DNA of 63,302 nucleotides, counting the filler, from Dimargaris cristalligena (Eukaryota), in the NCBI GenBank assembly GCA_003614675.1. It is 9 parts of 9 records of this genome, joined end to end, with 100 filler letters (N's around TTAATTAATTAA, not from the genome) between each part and the next. Parts side by side here need not be neighbours in the genome. Positions count along the whole stretch, not along the records: positions 21,243 to 28,200 come from ML003467.1; positions 28,301 to 35,239 come from ML003468.1; positions 35,340 to 42,278 come from ML003469.1; 6 more parts are not named here. The stretch is one strand, 5' to 3'. The notes under the pieces are model-generated. The model saw only the letters and a program-made list of their open reading frames with translations. It was not told the DNA's origin and searched no databases. Within the stretch, counting starts at the first letter, position 1. The number at the start of each line of letters is the position of its first letter. The translations under genes and the position numbers were made by a program. Positions 24,100 through 37,360 of this stretch are shown in pieces.

Positions 24100-25503
24100 T
24101 TATTTGGCGCCGCCAAAGTATTTTTTCCAGAATGGGACCTGAGACTCGGAAGTTGAGTCGGGATTTGGACCCGTTTGATTCTCCTCATCGAGCGGACGGG
24201 CCTTGCTACCGAACCAACGTTGATAAAACGATCTGTTGTCTTTACTAGAAATCGTTCCTTCGTCTTTGGTTTCCTCATTCTTACTGACCGATTGGCTATG
24301 TGGCTCAACATCAGCAAAGTCGTCATACAAAGTGTCTAAACTTGCCGACTTGAGGGATCTGCCGGGAGCGGCCATTTCAGATTTCCCGGGGATCTCCATA
24401 CTCCCTTGGGTATCCAGGGCCTCGTTATCATACTCAGAATCGTGGTTCATACCGGTACTACTATCCAATTGGGGGTGGTACTGGGCCATCAAAGGTTTAC
24501 GGTCTCTACTGTAAGTGCCAATGGGTGGCTTGAACTCTGCATCGGTAGCCGATAGATCGTAGTTCTCCTCAGCCCCATGGGTCAATTTTTCCCCATTGGG
24601 ACTGCCATCAATTTGATTCTTCGGACCCAACTGGTCCAGCGATAGGAGTGGGTGAGATGAGGGCTCACTTCCGAACCCGGAATAGGGCGTCAGGTTGCCA
24701 GAGTCATTTGCTTTGGAGATATTCAGCTCGCCATCAGAGTGTTGGGAATGATAATCGCCGGTGGGGTCAAAAGGAGGGGGATTGGATCCCCCTGAGGTCG
24801 TATTGTTGTCTGCCTCAAGGGCATTTTCACCATAGTTGGCTTGGTCAGTAAACGACTGGCTCATCGATTGGGGTGGCTTAAATGGGGGTGGTATCGCGGA
24901 TATGACGTAGGGGGTCTTGTCTTCAGGGCCAAATTGCATGAAGTTGTCAAGGTTAGAAGGAAGGGGATTGGATCCCCCTGAGGTCGTATTGTTGTCTGCC
25001 TCAAGGGCATTTTCACCATAGTTGGCTTTAGAAGTAAAAGGCGGGTAACCAGACCCTGGTTGATTGGAGGTGAGATAAGGCGGAAACTGCTGGTAATTAT
25101 AATTTGGGTATACATAGTTAGGCTGGCTAGATCCACCATAAGGCATGGACATCCCAATAAAGTTACTGTTGGATCCCTGGTCCTGAGTTAGGGGCGGGTT
25201 GTCATAGCCGTAGCCATTTTCCGCATTCTGCTGCGGGTCCCATGAACTACTAATTGACTTTTGCTGCTGGAGCTTCTTGTCTGGATCCGAAAAGCCGGCT
25301 TGGTTTTCAGTCAAGTACTCGGGCTCGGTGTAGCCATCGTAGGCATTACCACTGCCTAGGTAAGTGAGTGGGTTTACATCACTGTACGTGGAGAGGTTGG
25401 GATAACGCCGACTATTGCTTCCAATTATATCCGTATACGAGGGAGCGGCGTGGGTGGACGTGGCTGCTAGAGCAAGCATGGATAGGGACAACTGAACCTT
25501 CAT
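24100..25503 (-). CDS. Secreted low-complexity Ser/Asn/Pro/Gly-rich protein with internal 22-aa duplication
   Basis: Signal peptide MKVQLSLSMLALAATSTHA-AP from ATG 25503, long open frame, exact 66-bp duplication. Confidence 0.75.
   Translation of the reverse strand: MKVQLSLSMLALAATSTHAAPSYTDIIGSNSRRYPNLSTYSDVNPLTYLGSGNAYDGYTEPEYLTENQAGFSDPDKKLQQQKSISSSWDPQQNAENGYGYDNPPLTQDQGSNSNFIGMSMPYGGSSQPNYVYPNYNYQQFPPYLTSNQPGSGYPPFTSKANYGENALEADNNTTSGGSNPLPSNLDNFMQFGPEDKTPYVISAIPPPFKPPQSMSQSFTDQANYGENALEADNNTTSGGSNPPPFDPTGDYHSQHSDGELNISKANDSGNLTPYSGFGSEPSSHPLLSLDQLGPKNQIDGSPNGEKLTHGAEENYDLSATDAEFKPPIGTYSRDRKPLMAQYHPQLDSSTGMNHDSEYDNEALDTQGSMEIPGKSEMAAPGRSLKSASLDTLYDDFADVEPHSQSVSKNEETKDEGTISSKDNRSFYQRWFGSKARPLDEENQTGPNPDSTSESQVPFWKKYFGGAK
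24777..25028. repeat. Exact 66-bp intragenic direct repeat (24777-24842 and 24963-25028)
   Basis: Encodes ANYGENALEADNNTTSGGSNP twice, 186 bp apart. Confidence 0.92.
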
Positions 25504-28359
25504 ATTGACTCGGGTCGATATAGATTTCTCACTATAAATATACGCGGTACTAAACAAACGAGTCTGCAGATTGAATCGGTAAATAGTCGGTTAAATAATA
25601 CAGCGGAGTAGGTTTGGCTGGAAGACACTGATAAAAAAATAGGGGCTGAACAGGCCTGAATCTGAAAGGTTGGGGGCGAGATCAAGTGAATGTGAGTGAA
25701 GAAGAGTACTTGAAGTTGCTAGGGAGCAATGGCATATGGCGGAAAAGGGGACACTATTTATAGGCAACGCATATTCGGTCGCTGATAACCATAGGAGGTG
25801 GATTAGAAGGGGCGGCTAAAGGAATTCAATGCAGATGGCAATGGAAGGTTATCCGACCCACATTGCTATACCCTAGCGCTCGAGGTCCTGAGTGGATCCC
25901 CCGTGTATAGAAATAGCCCTAGTAAACGGCAGAAACTTTAATATATGAGAGGGTCCGGGCCATACTTGATAGTGGATTGGGGATGGGCACCTTCAATAGT
26001 TCTCAGCAAGGCATTGGCCGGAAAGTCGGGATAAAGGGAAAGGGCCGGGACGAAAAAATATAAGTCCAACCGCCCTGCAATAAAGGGGGGCGATTAATTA
26101 TTCAAATTACATTTATAGACGGTGGCTTGCAAAGGGAAGGTCGAGTATTCACTGGTGCATAGGCCTCTCTCGCTCTCTCTCGTACTTGATTTCACCAACT
26201 GACTAGGGTCCTTACTCCGGTCGAACCAATCGGCCTGGGTTTACCCGCTTCTAAGAATACATGAGTGCGCACAAGCGACGCAGCACAAGAGAGTAGTATA
26301 AGGAGAGGACTAATACATTTTTATATTGAAAGTAAATCGAATGTGGATGAGAAAAAGGGAGTAAACGTGAAATCATTCCCACTCAATGAACGTCGCCGTC
26401 TACAATGCTTTACTTCAATACAACTCCCCCATTATTAAATTCCGCTTCCCCTCGGCTACTATTTCAACTATAAGCGAAACATTGGTACATGCATCGGCCG
26501 TGGTTGTATCAATTCTTAACACTGTATCGGGAGTGCGGGAACAACTAAGCCATTTCTGGCGCTAGAGGGCCTCGGCCGTTTAAGTTAATTCTTTGGCATA
26601 CTGCTGTACATTTATAATCGGGGTAGAAATAATTGAATGAATACGGCAGGCCGCTCACCCTTGAGATTCCTGAGGTTGGTATGTGACTACCCCATTACAA
26701 TGCCCCATGTCGACCCCAAAATACACTTTTTACACATTCGAGTTCGTTACACATCGACTATAACAATTTATGCCCAGTGATTATATATGCAGTGGCCTCC
26801 TCCCACTCTCTATGGTTAATACTGTCGGATTAACGTATTTTACCTACTCAAATAGTTGAACCAATCTAACAATGGTTGTATCTCCAAAATAAGGTAATCT
26901 TCTTGCCATCAAGATACTTGAGCCTTTACCAATTTCATTAATCCGCCAGTTTAAATATGCCTGCAATACTATCTAGCTATGAGAGGCACCAATACATCCC
27001 CCGCCTCCACATTAAGTTCATATGGCCCCTTACTAAAGTCTACTGCACAAGTCTCGACTTTAGCTGTACAGCAGAAAATTCACTTGAAGATGCTAACAAT
27101 AGGGGTTAGAAGAAATTATCATAAATACATTCTATTCGAACTCGTATACTGTTGAGTTAAACTTCACTCGTATACTACCAGTTGGCCATCTAAACTAAGT
27201 TCGGCCGTGAAAATGCTCGGCTAAAAAACAAGCGTTAAAATAACGACCTATATACAGCCTCATAGCCAATTCGAAAAGACGCAGAGTCTGGATTCCGGCA
27301 ATGGATATAATATGGGAATAAGCAAGGCCCCTTTATCAGTTTAGAAAGAATGACGGGTGGAGTGCCAGTATAAATGCAAATTACAACTACCCACCCCAAA
27401 GCCACCGACTCAGACCCATATAAGTTTGACGAATAACCTATCGGTTATAATGTCATTCATCCCCAGGCACAGTAAATGACATGAATGAAATGAAAAAGAG
27501 TGAACCAAGTCGTGTAACTAAACACAGAAGCACATTAAAGCCCGTAAGATATGGGTGAAATGCGACCCAACTGTATAAGATTTAAATGATATAGGTATGG
27601 GAGAATATGCGGGATATTTATTACCAACCAGTAGTATCTGCCTTATCCAACAGACTCTTTGTTATACAGCCTGGTTGAACTTCTCTCATATTCATCCGTG
27701 TCAAACTGCAATAAAACTCCCCGATATAATGAAATGGCATAAGAAGCCGTGGGAGTGAAATAAATTGGCCAAGTCCTTTTGATAAACACAATTCACAAAG
27801 TATACTTAGGTTAGAGTATAACCACCATCGGTTTTACGACTAGATTCGCATCTATAGCACGATGCGTCGTACAAGTGTGAAGAATGGAAAAGTACAACAA
27901 TAATGGACCTTTGACGGACCAATGGCAGTGGCCCATTTGGTTACACAATAGCTAATGTATAAGATGCCCATTGGTGGTTTCGTGACTGTTGTGATGTGGC
28001 AGAGCGACTTATATAATAACAGGCGTAAATGCCTTATAATCAAAGAAATAATAGAATCAAACCTCAAGAATAATTAGGACAACTGTAGGCAAAACTGCCG
28101 GTACAGTTCAGAAGAATGAAAAAAAGATGTTTTATTAAGAGTTGCGATTCTTGAAGGTATTTATACTGAGGAAGTGGTTGAAGTCCAACCTACGTGGTAT
28201 NNNNNNNNNNNNNNNNNNNNNNNNNNNNNNNNNNNNNNNNNNNNTTAATTAATTAANNNNNNNNNNNNNNNNNNNNNNNNNNNNNNNNNNNNNNNNNNNN
28301 TTCATACCTTATATATAAATATAATAATCAAATAGTAATAATTCATACCTATGGCAATC

Positions 28360-28937
28360 AAGGGGACACTCCACCTTGCCACAATGCCAGATAGTTCCTT
28401 CCAGGTGAACAAACATTCCATGGTGGCCTCGTTGACATTGCGGGTGAAGGAAGTTTCCAAGGCATTGAGTCTATTGTGAATATCTCTAAGCCTGGTCACT
28501 TCCAGATGGGGGAAGTCCTGGCTGGGAGAGTGCACAACTTTATGTAAAGCTAATAATAGATGATGGTCCTCAGGCTCCAAAGCAGCATGGTTGATAGTTT
28601 TGTAAATGATGTCCAAGTGATGAATCACTTCTGCAGGCATATGGCTACTAACTTGCAAAGACCTCCATTTTCTTTTGACCTTGTCACTGGTGCTACGCAG
28701 GGCTCTGTTGGGACTGACATGTTGCAGAAATTCCACAGTGGTGATCAGGGTAATAGGAGTGTCATTCTTGGCCAAACCAAGGGGTGCCACGACCAATTTG
28801 AATGTGGCCTTGTCCAGGGGTACAGTGGTGATTTCTTCCATCAGTTGTTCAATAGTGCGGTGATGGGCTGCAATGATTGAATCAATCCTTCTAGGAGTAA
28901 AATCCCAGTCAAGAGCAAGACGGCAGTGCTCGTACAT
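28360..28937 (-). pseudogene. M3A metallopeptidase (thimet oligopeptidase/saccharolysin-like) N-terminal fragment
   Basis: W.FTP..I, ATF..VV.PL, FLQHVSP..ALR..S, RL..L...F..NVNE and FT..EL.G patterns. Similarity is lost near 28360 and no HExxH is seen; CpG-poor. Confidence 0.7.
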
Positions 28938-29552
28938 GGTGTCAATTGGTGGAGGGTGATGGATGAAATGGTTGGTAAATGATGATGTTAAAAAGAAAAA
29001 CACGGATATATTAGTCAAATAAATGATGCAGATTGGCTGAGCTTTTATACAAAATTGTGCCAGCTGTCATTCCAAGAGTTGTGGCACCTTTTCTGAATAA
29101 AACAGTGGTTGAAAAATTATATACAGTAGTTTATCTGTATATACTTTGTCAAAAAGTAAATGGATCACCAAAGGCCCATTTTTTGACCATTGAATTCCCA
29201 CCCACTTAAAAATAGGAATCATTGACCAGCTTGGTTATTGGGTAATCCAGGGGCAACTTGCTCTTTCTACTATTCACCATCCCCAGTTAGTCTATTATCC
29301 TTACTTTAAAATAAAATTATATCAACCTTAAAGGCCGCAAAAATATACGTGACAAATAGCAGATAACTCCAAATACAAATTGATAGGATATTCCCGACTA
29401 TGGATTACTTATTCATGGGCAATATTAAGAATTCCCAGCTACCAGGTGGCTTATTTTCCTTTTGTGTGGGCCTTTGTAGTAGAATTGCACAATATGACTA
29501 CATTAGTATATGCACACTTATATAAGTGTATTTTGCAAATTTTAGTCAAGTC

Positions 29553-30102
29553 TGTTGCCTGGGTTAATCACTCTTAGTCCATCAAGAGTCCTGAGGATAG
29601 GCTTCTAATGGTAGGTGGGGCCTAGACTCAGCCAAGTGGGCTTCCAGTATTAGGATGGGGATGTAGTATAACTAATAAAGGACAGGTGTAGGTAGATGTT
29701 AGGGATATGCAGTAGGCACACTTACTAGTTAGTACAAGGGGGGTAGGCATATATAGAGTTTATTGATGTAAACTAGGGGATAAGAATAAGCTGAGGAGCT
29801 GAACCAGTCCCAGAGGGGCCCGGTTATTTATACATGGGGACCACTCAGAACAAGAGATCCCTAAGGGAATGGGATGACTAAAGAAGAGGTGAGAGTTAGA
29901 GTCTCAACCAAGTGGGCTTGCTTTTGGAAGACTCTACTGGGAAAGGAGGAATATTGGATTAGCCAATGGAGTATTGCATGAGAAGTGTTGGGACCCAGAT
30001 ATTGTAGGTTATATAGCAAAGGGAGGGTAATATAGTGCAATAAGGTAAGATAGGACAGGTCAATCAGTATTCCTGTATTAGGAAGGATTAGGTGGGCTGA
30101 CA
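29553..30102 (-). mobile_element. Solo LTR, family A, perfect TSD
   Basis: TGTTG...TGACA flanked by AAGTC (29548-29552, 30103-30107). Confidence 0.9.
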
Positions 30103-30476
30103 AAGTCTATCTGAACAACTACACACCATTAAAATTGGGAAGTCTGTGTGTGCCACCCTTGAAATTGTAGGAATATCCGTAGGGACATTATAGGGTCAAG
30201 GTGTAATTTGATAACAATAATTGGCACAGGATCTAACTAAGAGAAAGTCTGAGGGGAGTTAGTTAGCTAGGGCACAAATAGACAGATGGATTCAGAATAT
30301 GTAAAGGGGTGCTGAATAAGTGATTCATAAACCAGAGAGGTGAAGGAGATGGTAGGGACCTCCTACAAGGTTAGAGTAAGAAAAGGGGTATTGCTGGGGC
30401 AGAATGTATATTTCTTTAAAACCTATTGCAAAAATAATATAAATATGCAATGGAAAATATATAATAGAGAATGTAG

Positions 30477-31063
30477 TATCACCTGGGTTCACCACTCTTA
30501 GTCCACTAAGAGTCCTAAGGATAGGCTTCTAATAGTAGGTGGGGCTTAGACTTAGCCAAGCCAGCTACTAGCATCAGGTATGGGACACAGTACTAACTAA
30601 TAAAGGCTATGCAGTAGGGATAGCCCAGGGGCATGTGGCAGGTATACTTACTAGTCAGTATGGGGGGAGTGAGTATATATAGAGTCTATTAGGGACAAAC
30701 TAAGGATAAGAATAAGCTAAGGAGACTAACTGGTCCTAATAGGGTCTAGTTATATATATACAGGGATGACTACAGAGGGAGGTCCCAAGAGGAGGATACT
30801 ACTAAGATTAGGGAATAGGTAAATAGGCTTACTGGGTGGATACTAGTTTCCAGAAGATTCTAATGGTAGCCAGAATAGGCTAATGGATCAGTACTGGGAG
30901 TAAGTAGTATAAATAAGTGGTATCTGGGTAGGGGGAGGTTCTATGATAAATAATGATCCCATAGTACTAGGTGTAACTATGGGAAAGCTAATATGGCACT
31001 ATTGGACCCAATATAGTCAGATGTTTAATCCAGCCAGATTAAGGTGGATTAGAAGGGCCAACA
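30477..31063 (-). mobile_element. Solo LTR, family A
   Basis: TATCACC...GGGCCAACA; full-length similarity to the other copies. Confidence 0.82.
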
Positions 31064-34000
31064 TTGTTCCCAATGAGAAAGAGTTCATGTTCTTTCAAGA
31101 ATTATTTACTACTGATTTTTTATAAAATATTGCCTATTGTCACCAACTTTGATAAGAGTATAGGTACCTAAATTAGAGCACCCTGAATATCCCTGTTGGG
31201 CTCTTATATGCACACTAACTCTCACTGACCCGTGCTACAGACAGATAATACTGACCTATTGATGGATATTTCATTATGCAGAGTATGTAACCGATTTCGA
31301 CATTTTTGAACCCTGGACATATTTACCAATATAACCCTTAGGTAGTTGTATATTTTTTACGGTTAATCTAATGTAATTAAATAATATATGTTATAGGTGA
31401 ACCCAAATAGAAAGTAGTTTTATAGTGTTGTGTGCCAATCGGTGTCAAATGAGGTAGAGTATCAGTGGTTTATTAAATAGTGATATTATAAAGAAAACAC
31501 CCAGAACTATGGGGAGGCGGGGGCTGTTAGTTTTGAAAATAACCAATGAGGGCAAATCTTCACAATTTATTAGTTGTTACACTAACCCTTTTATTGGACG
31601 GATGGGCGATTACAGTATGATGGGTACTTAATGCCTGAGGTGGGGTACTAGATGCCTAGACGTACCGTATGCCTCATACACCGGCCCCTTTCCCAGTGAT
31701 GGCAGAAACCATGAACCCAATGAAGAGGATGTAGCTAAAAAATAGACATTGTATATGTTGGGCCAACGAGTAATTTGAACCTACACCAGCCCAGTTCATA
31801 AAAGTGGCAGTGATGAAAGGTAGACTAGGAAGTGCGGAAAAGCGCATCATTATTTAGGCCAATCAATAAAGATGACACGAATGTGTATAGTATCTAGAAA
31901 GTATATATTTAGCACGTTTATTAACACGATTAGGGCTTACGCAGGTTCATGCCTGGCTGAGTAATATGTAGAGGCATGGACTTCATAGCATGTAACACTA
32001 ATCAAACCTCATCTCCGAGTAACCGAAACCCGCGTTTAACAGAAAAGTTTGTTTTAATGAGTTAAATCAGACATTCTACCCTTTTGGACTATAGGTAAGT
32101 AATACCACCAAAATAGACCATTTTGCAATACTAAATTCACTTACAAATGTTTTTTAGTTGCTTGGATATTTATTATTTTTCTTTAAATGGCTCACCGTAG
32201 TTAGCTATACCCCCAACCCTTGGCTACCTAGGACTTCTCTGTGTGCCATAAAATTACAAATGCATGTATTTTCGGGGTTTTAAACTCCGACTTTAACTTT
32301 TGGTACCCTCACTAGCCAATATATCGTATAGAGCAAGTGTTGATTTTTATCGGATGGTGCTCGAAATTTTTCCACCCTAAACCTCTTTTTTTTAAAAAAA
32401 AAGGGGAAATTCAGCCAGGCTGTATAGCGAAAAATCCGCTGGATGAGGCAAAGATTACTAATAGAAAATAAATAACCCTTCTATTTTTCCGGCTATATAT
32501 CATTTAAACCTTTATACAGTTGGGTCAAATTTCACCCTCACCAATGCTAGACGGCCAAAGGTAACAATCCTGATAAGAATTGTTTTTTCCATAACTACTT
32601 CACGTAAAATCTTGAGAATTGAATCAGACCATTTGAACCCTAACTTCTCCGGGCTGGCTTAAACCCTTCCCCTATAGTATTTTTCTCCGAAATTGCGTCC
32701 ACACGTTTCTGACTCACATGTCCTCTCTAATGACTGTATCAACAACTAATCAATCCTCAAACTACACCGTTTAGGGAGGAGACCTTACCGCTTTCTCGGG
32801 GCTGTCTATCACTTATTATTCATTAGTTAAGTCATTTAGCTTGCGAATCTTACTCATAATACGCCTCCAACAATACTATAATGTCCATCACCCGAGGTCA
32901 TCACTGAAATTATGGCTTTTGAAATCGTACATTTGTATTACAATTGGCCAGTATTGCGCTATATATACCCTCCATAAATTAATGCCAATTGAAGAGCAAC
33001 CAGGAGCGGAGCCTCACTTACTGGATGAAAGTAGTGGGGAGACTTCACAATGTGGATAATGTGCATGCCTTTGGTATGTTAAGACTGGACTTTTAAGGCA
33101 TATTGACGAATGTGGGCAGCGTGGTATAGTTCTCCTAACTACATAATATATCTTAATGTTTGCCCGTCCACTTTCCACTTGAGCCAACTTTTTTGATCCG
33201 CCATGCAGTCCCTATTCCGCTATATCTATTGATCTTCTAATACCGCATACTCCCTAATTGTTCAGATAACGAGGAGAGTCTGTCCCATTTTACTTAGTGC
33301 ATCCAATTTCCTTCCTTACTGCCCTACATTATCTGCTGATGGGGTTGTTGGATGCCTATCAATGATGGGACCTGGTATACCGCAGTTATTCAAAAAGCCA
33401 ACGGGCAGCGGTAACCATATACTGGTACAGGGAAAGTAGATATAGATTGGCTAGATGCCCGATCTACGGATGCTTAGTTTATAGACTAGGACTAAGGCTG
33501 GGCGGACAATCGGTGCACATGGGACGTACTGCCACTTGACAGGTTTGGCCAAGCTGTAGTATTGGTGGCAGCACTTGCACATGCTGGAAAGACAGTCCGT
33601 TAAATGGATATTTTCCAGCTCCGCCAAAACGGCCCTCTCTGCCAGCTATGGATATTCTTGGAATCGATTAATAATCGGTGGATGCACAAATGTGGATCTT
33701 GTTTTCCACTGTGAAATTCGAGAGAATTGTAGAAAGGGTGTTCATTCATGAAGAGGCCTACCGCAGCACTTGCCAGACCATTACCTCTCTTTTTAATAAT
33801 AATAAGAAACCCTCGCGCCCAGCCCTAATCCTACTCTAACCACCGCCCGTTTCCTTTGGCCATCGCCAGCTGCGAGGACAATCATTAGCGGTCCCTTCGG
33901 CTTTTTAGTTCATGTATGCCGATTAACGCCGCTCATTAAGCCACTTGAATAGACTGGTAAAGAGAAGCACTGTGGATAAATCGAGCCAATCATTTTTATT

Positions 34001-34392
34001 TAAATAGACGAACTGATCAGCCTAGACAAGGAGCTTTAGGTGAACTAGCTAGCCTGACGCCCATTTTTCCAATTTTTGAAACGCCTACTATGGCTCGCCA
34101 TTTCCCCTTGCTCGCTCACTTCCCTTATCCTCCCCCACCATTTCCTTCTTTACCTACCCATCCTACTATCATCACGGCTGTGAAGGATACCCGATCTGAA
34201 TGTGCGCCTACTCAGTCAAGTACAGGTAGTAGATCAAAATACAATGACAGCTCTGCAATTAGCTGGCCCATCAATCGTATAGACTACACCAATGGAGGTA
34301 ACAGGCCAATAGATATATGGTTACCCTCTGACGGCAAAGGTTCGGGATTGACTAATTAACTTGTCTGCATGATGTTGAGAATTCGTTTTAAA

Positions 34393-34690
34393 AAACTTAT
34401 TATGTTAATAGAGGGGAAAGAAAAAAAATTCCTTAAAAATATTACTTTCCCCAAAGTAGAAAGGAAAAATTGTCTTGCGAAAACTGGTTTCTCTATCTTT
34501 CTCCTCATTCCTTCCTACCAGCCGACCCTATTAGTTTATTCATTTTTACAATCAAAATTTATTCCTGCCATGTTTCTTTATACATGTGCACGACGACTTT
34601 CATTTATTGTAGACTGTGGACTTGTCCATTGTGAAAAATAAGTATCGCCAATAAAATAACAAACGTCGACGGCATCTATTAATGATAATG
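34393..34690. repeat. Second copy of the ~300-bp IR-bounded repeat
   Basis: Matches 11328-11631. Confidence 0.8.
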
Positions 34691-35499
34691 ACTGGAAAGC
34701 AGGGAGGAGTAGGAAGAAGTCAGCCCATTAAGCCAGATCCATCGGTATATAAAATCCGCCTAGCCCACCCACCTAAAATATAGTATCATCCCAACATATG
34801 TACTACCCGGGGCGTCCGGCCTATTGCCAGCGGCCTTCGGAATTCGCATAGAGGCAACGGCCTCTTTATCAACCTGGCCAGAAGTTGCAGCGGCCAGCTC
34901 CCTGGTGGTAGAAGACGGGAGGTTCGCGGAGTTGGAGGAGACAGGGGCGGAGTTGGGCATCGTCATGGCGGGATAACGGAGGGATGGGTAATCAATGGAA
35001 CAAAACGGAGAACGGGGGATATGAACAAGGTATAAGGTTTATTGGGATATAAAAAACAGTGGTGTCCGTTAATAGTAAATCAATAAGAGGTTGCGGTAAT
35101 ATCTGAGGAATAAGCGAAAAATTCGAAATAAACGAGTGGCAATGCCTTTTCTTTCTCTTCCCCCCCCCAATTGGGCGGGAATTTGTTGGTTACTTATGTA
35201 ACCAGTTAGTGGGCCTTAGAGGCCGCTAAGTGCAAAAAANNNNNNNNNNNNNNNNNNNNNNNNNNNNNNNNNNNNNNNNNNNNTTAATTAATTAANNNNN
35301 NNNNNNNNNNNNNNNNNNNNNNNNNNNNNNNNNNNNNNNTATTCATCTATCTTTTCATTTAGTCTTCCCCTTTTGAGTATAAATACTCCCCCTTGCTGCC
35401 ACCTCTTGGAACAGCAAGTCTACCATTACCTTTCCTTTCTTATTATCTAGTTTTTCAAATAAAGTTCAGTTTTTAATTATTTGATTTCAGTTTTTTACA

Positions 35500-35823
35500 G
35501 TATCTTTTCCCCAGGACCTCCCTCTGGAGTTGTCCCCATGTATATATAACTGGGCCCCATTGGGACTAGTTAGATTCCTTAGCTTATTTTGTACCCCCTG
35601 GGTTACCCCTAATAAACCCTATATACACTCACTCCCTCCTATACTGACTAGTAAGTGTACTCACTGTACACCCTTTGCATATACCTATTATAGCCTTTAT
35701 TAGTTAGTACTGTGCCTGTACCTAATACTAGTAACCCACTTGGCTAGAGCCCAAGCCCTGTCTACTATTAGAAGCCTATCTTTGGGACTCTTGATGGACT
35801 AAGAGTAGTTAACCCAGGTAACA
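35500..35823 (+). mobile_element. 3' half of a family-A LTR, cut by a family-C LTR
   Basis: Family-A core ending CCAGGTAACA. Confidence 0.75.
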
Positions 35824-36325
35824 AGCTGCTGTGGTTCTGTTAATAATTATGTGGTGCATATATGGTTGTCCCCATGGAGTAAAAATCATTAGGGTATCCC
35901 ATAGTGTAGGAATTATCCGTACTTTGGCCTACTATAGTTCATGGACTGGGTTGTTTACATCAATGGCTGGGGTAACTGCATTACCTAGTCCCCAGTTATC
36001 TAGGTCTCTACACACACTATCCTCTGGCTAAGGTATTACTGCTGTATTATTGGTAGTATTGGTCTTATCCACCAGGGTAGACATAATAGTAGAAGGCAGA
36101 CAGCAAGTTCAAGCCAGCAATACTTTTATATCAAAGTATAATGAAAAGTACCCCCCCCAATTAATATACCAGAAGTTCAAATAGGATGTATAATGAAAAA
36201 TCTGTTGGATAAGGCAATATAATTCTATTACTGGCTAAAAATGGGTAAAGTTCATCTAGGCTGTATAACAAAAAAATCATTAGATGGGGCTAATATTACT
36301 AGTTAAAGGGCTTCTCTCACATATT

Positions 36326-36536
36326 TGTTGGAGAGGTATTCTAGATAGAATTTGTAAGCTAATAAAATATATTAAAACAATAATAAGAGAGAAAAGCCAC
36401 AAAGAGATTAAGGAGAACCTCTTCACTTAGTTTTATTGAGTAATGACTGAATAGTTGATAATAGAATGTAAATAAAGTCAGGTGAGTAAGATAATTATAA
36501 ATGTGACCCCGGTTATGAGGTGTCCATTTTCTAACA
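36326..36536. mobile_element. Solo LTR (211 bp) inserted in a MITE
   Basis: TGTTGGA...TCTAACA flanked by ATATT on both sides; MITE halves at 36241-36325 and 36537-36596. Confidence 0.75.
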
Positions 36537-37360
36537 ATATTCTCCTATACACATATTATGTAAAACTGTATATAGCTATATAAATTTCACCCATATAAGA
36601 TAGTCTTCCATAAAAATGGAGTATTGTTTAATGTATAGAGATGGGATTACCTTCACCTACCCTCTCAGCAGTGGTAGTCAGCATATTCAGGCCATGCTGA
36701 TAAGTCCAATAGGAATACTTCCTCCCCCCCCACTTGCACTTTGTCGAACTTAAAGCATTTGAAAGTACTGCGGCTTTACATGAAAAATTGGGGTTTCCTG
36801 TGGTAATTTCCCTAATGTAACCCCATAGCCAAGCTTGCCTACCACTAATACTATATGCCTAGTTATCTACCCGATAAGTAGCGTAATTAATTGAGCTGTA
36901 GAGTCGTAATCAGTGTAGAGGTAATGGGTGCGAATTTAATAAATAAACCAGAATTTAATTCTTGAAAATGGGTCGGCTGGGTCCGTCCGTTAAACTTCAA
37001 ATCAAAGAGATAAAATGAAATGAAAAATAAACCAATATCTGAAGAATAATAGCGAATGGGTGTGAAAAAGGGAAGACGAGAATTTATATAGACACCAGAC
37101 AAAAAACCCAGCCAGATCGATCGGCTGGTAGAGGTGATTGAGAAAATGAGAACATTGGTTGGGGGGACATATACGCACAATAATCCGAGTGAGCAATGGG
37201 GACGGCGATGGAGGGATACGTGGTCTAAATAGAATATATCACAAGCCAATTCGAATGGCCAACCAACACATTTCCTTGCATGCCCACACATGTAGCATCC
37301 GTTCATCTCTTGCACACTCTCTCTTTCTATATTGCACCCATCAATAGATCAGCGTATAAT

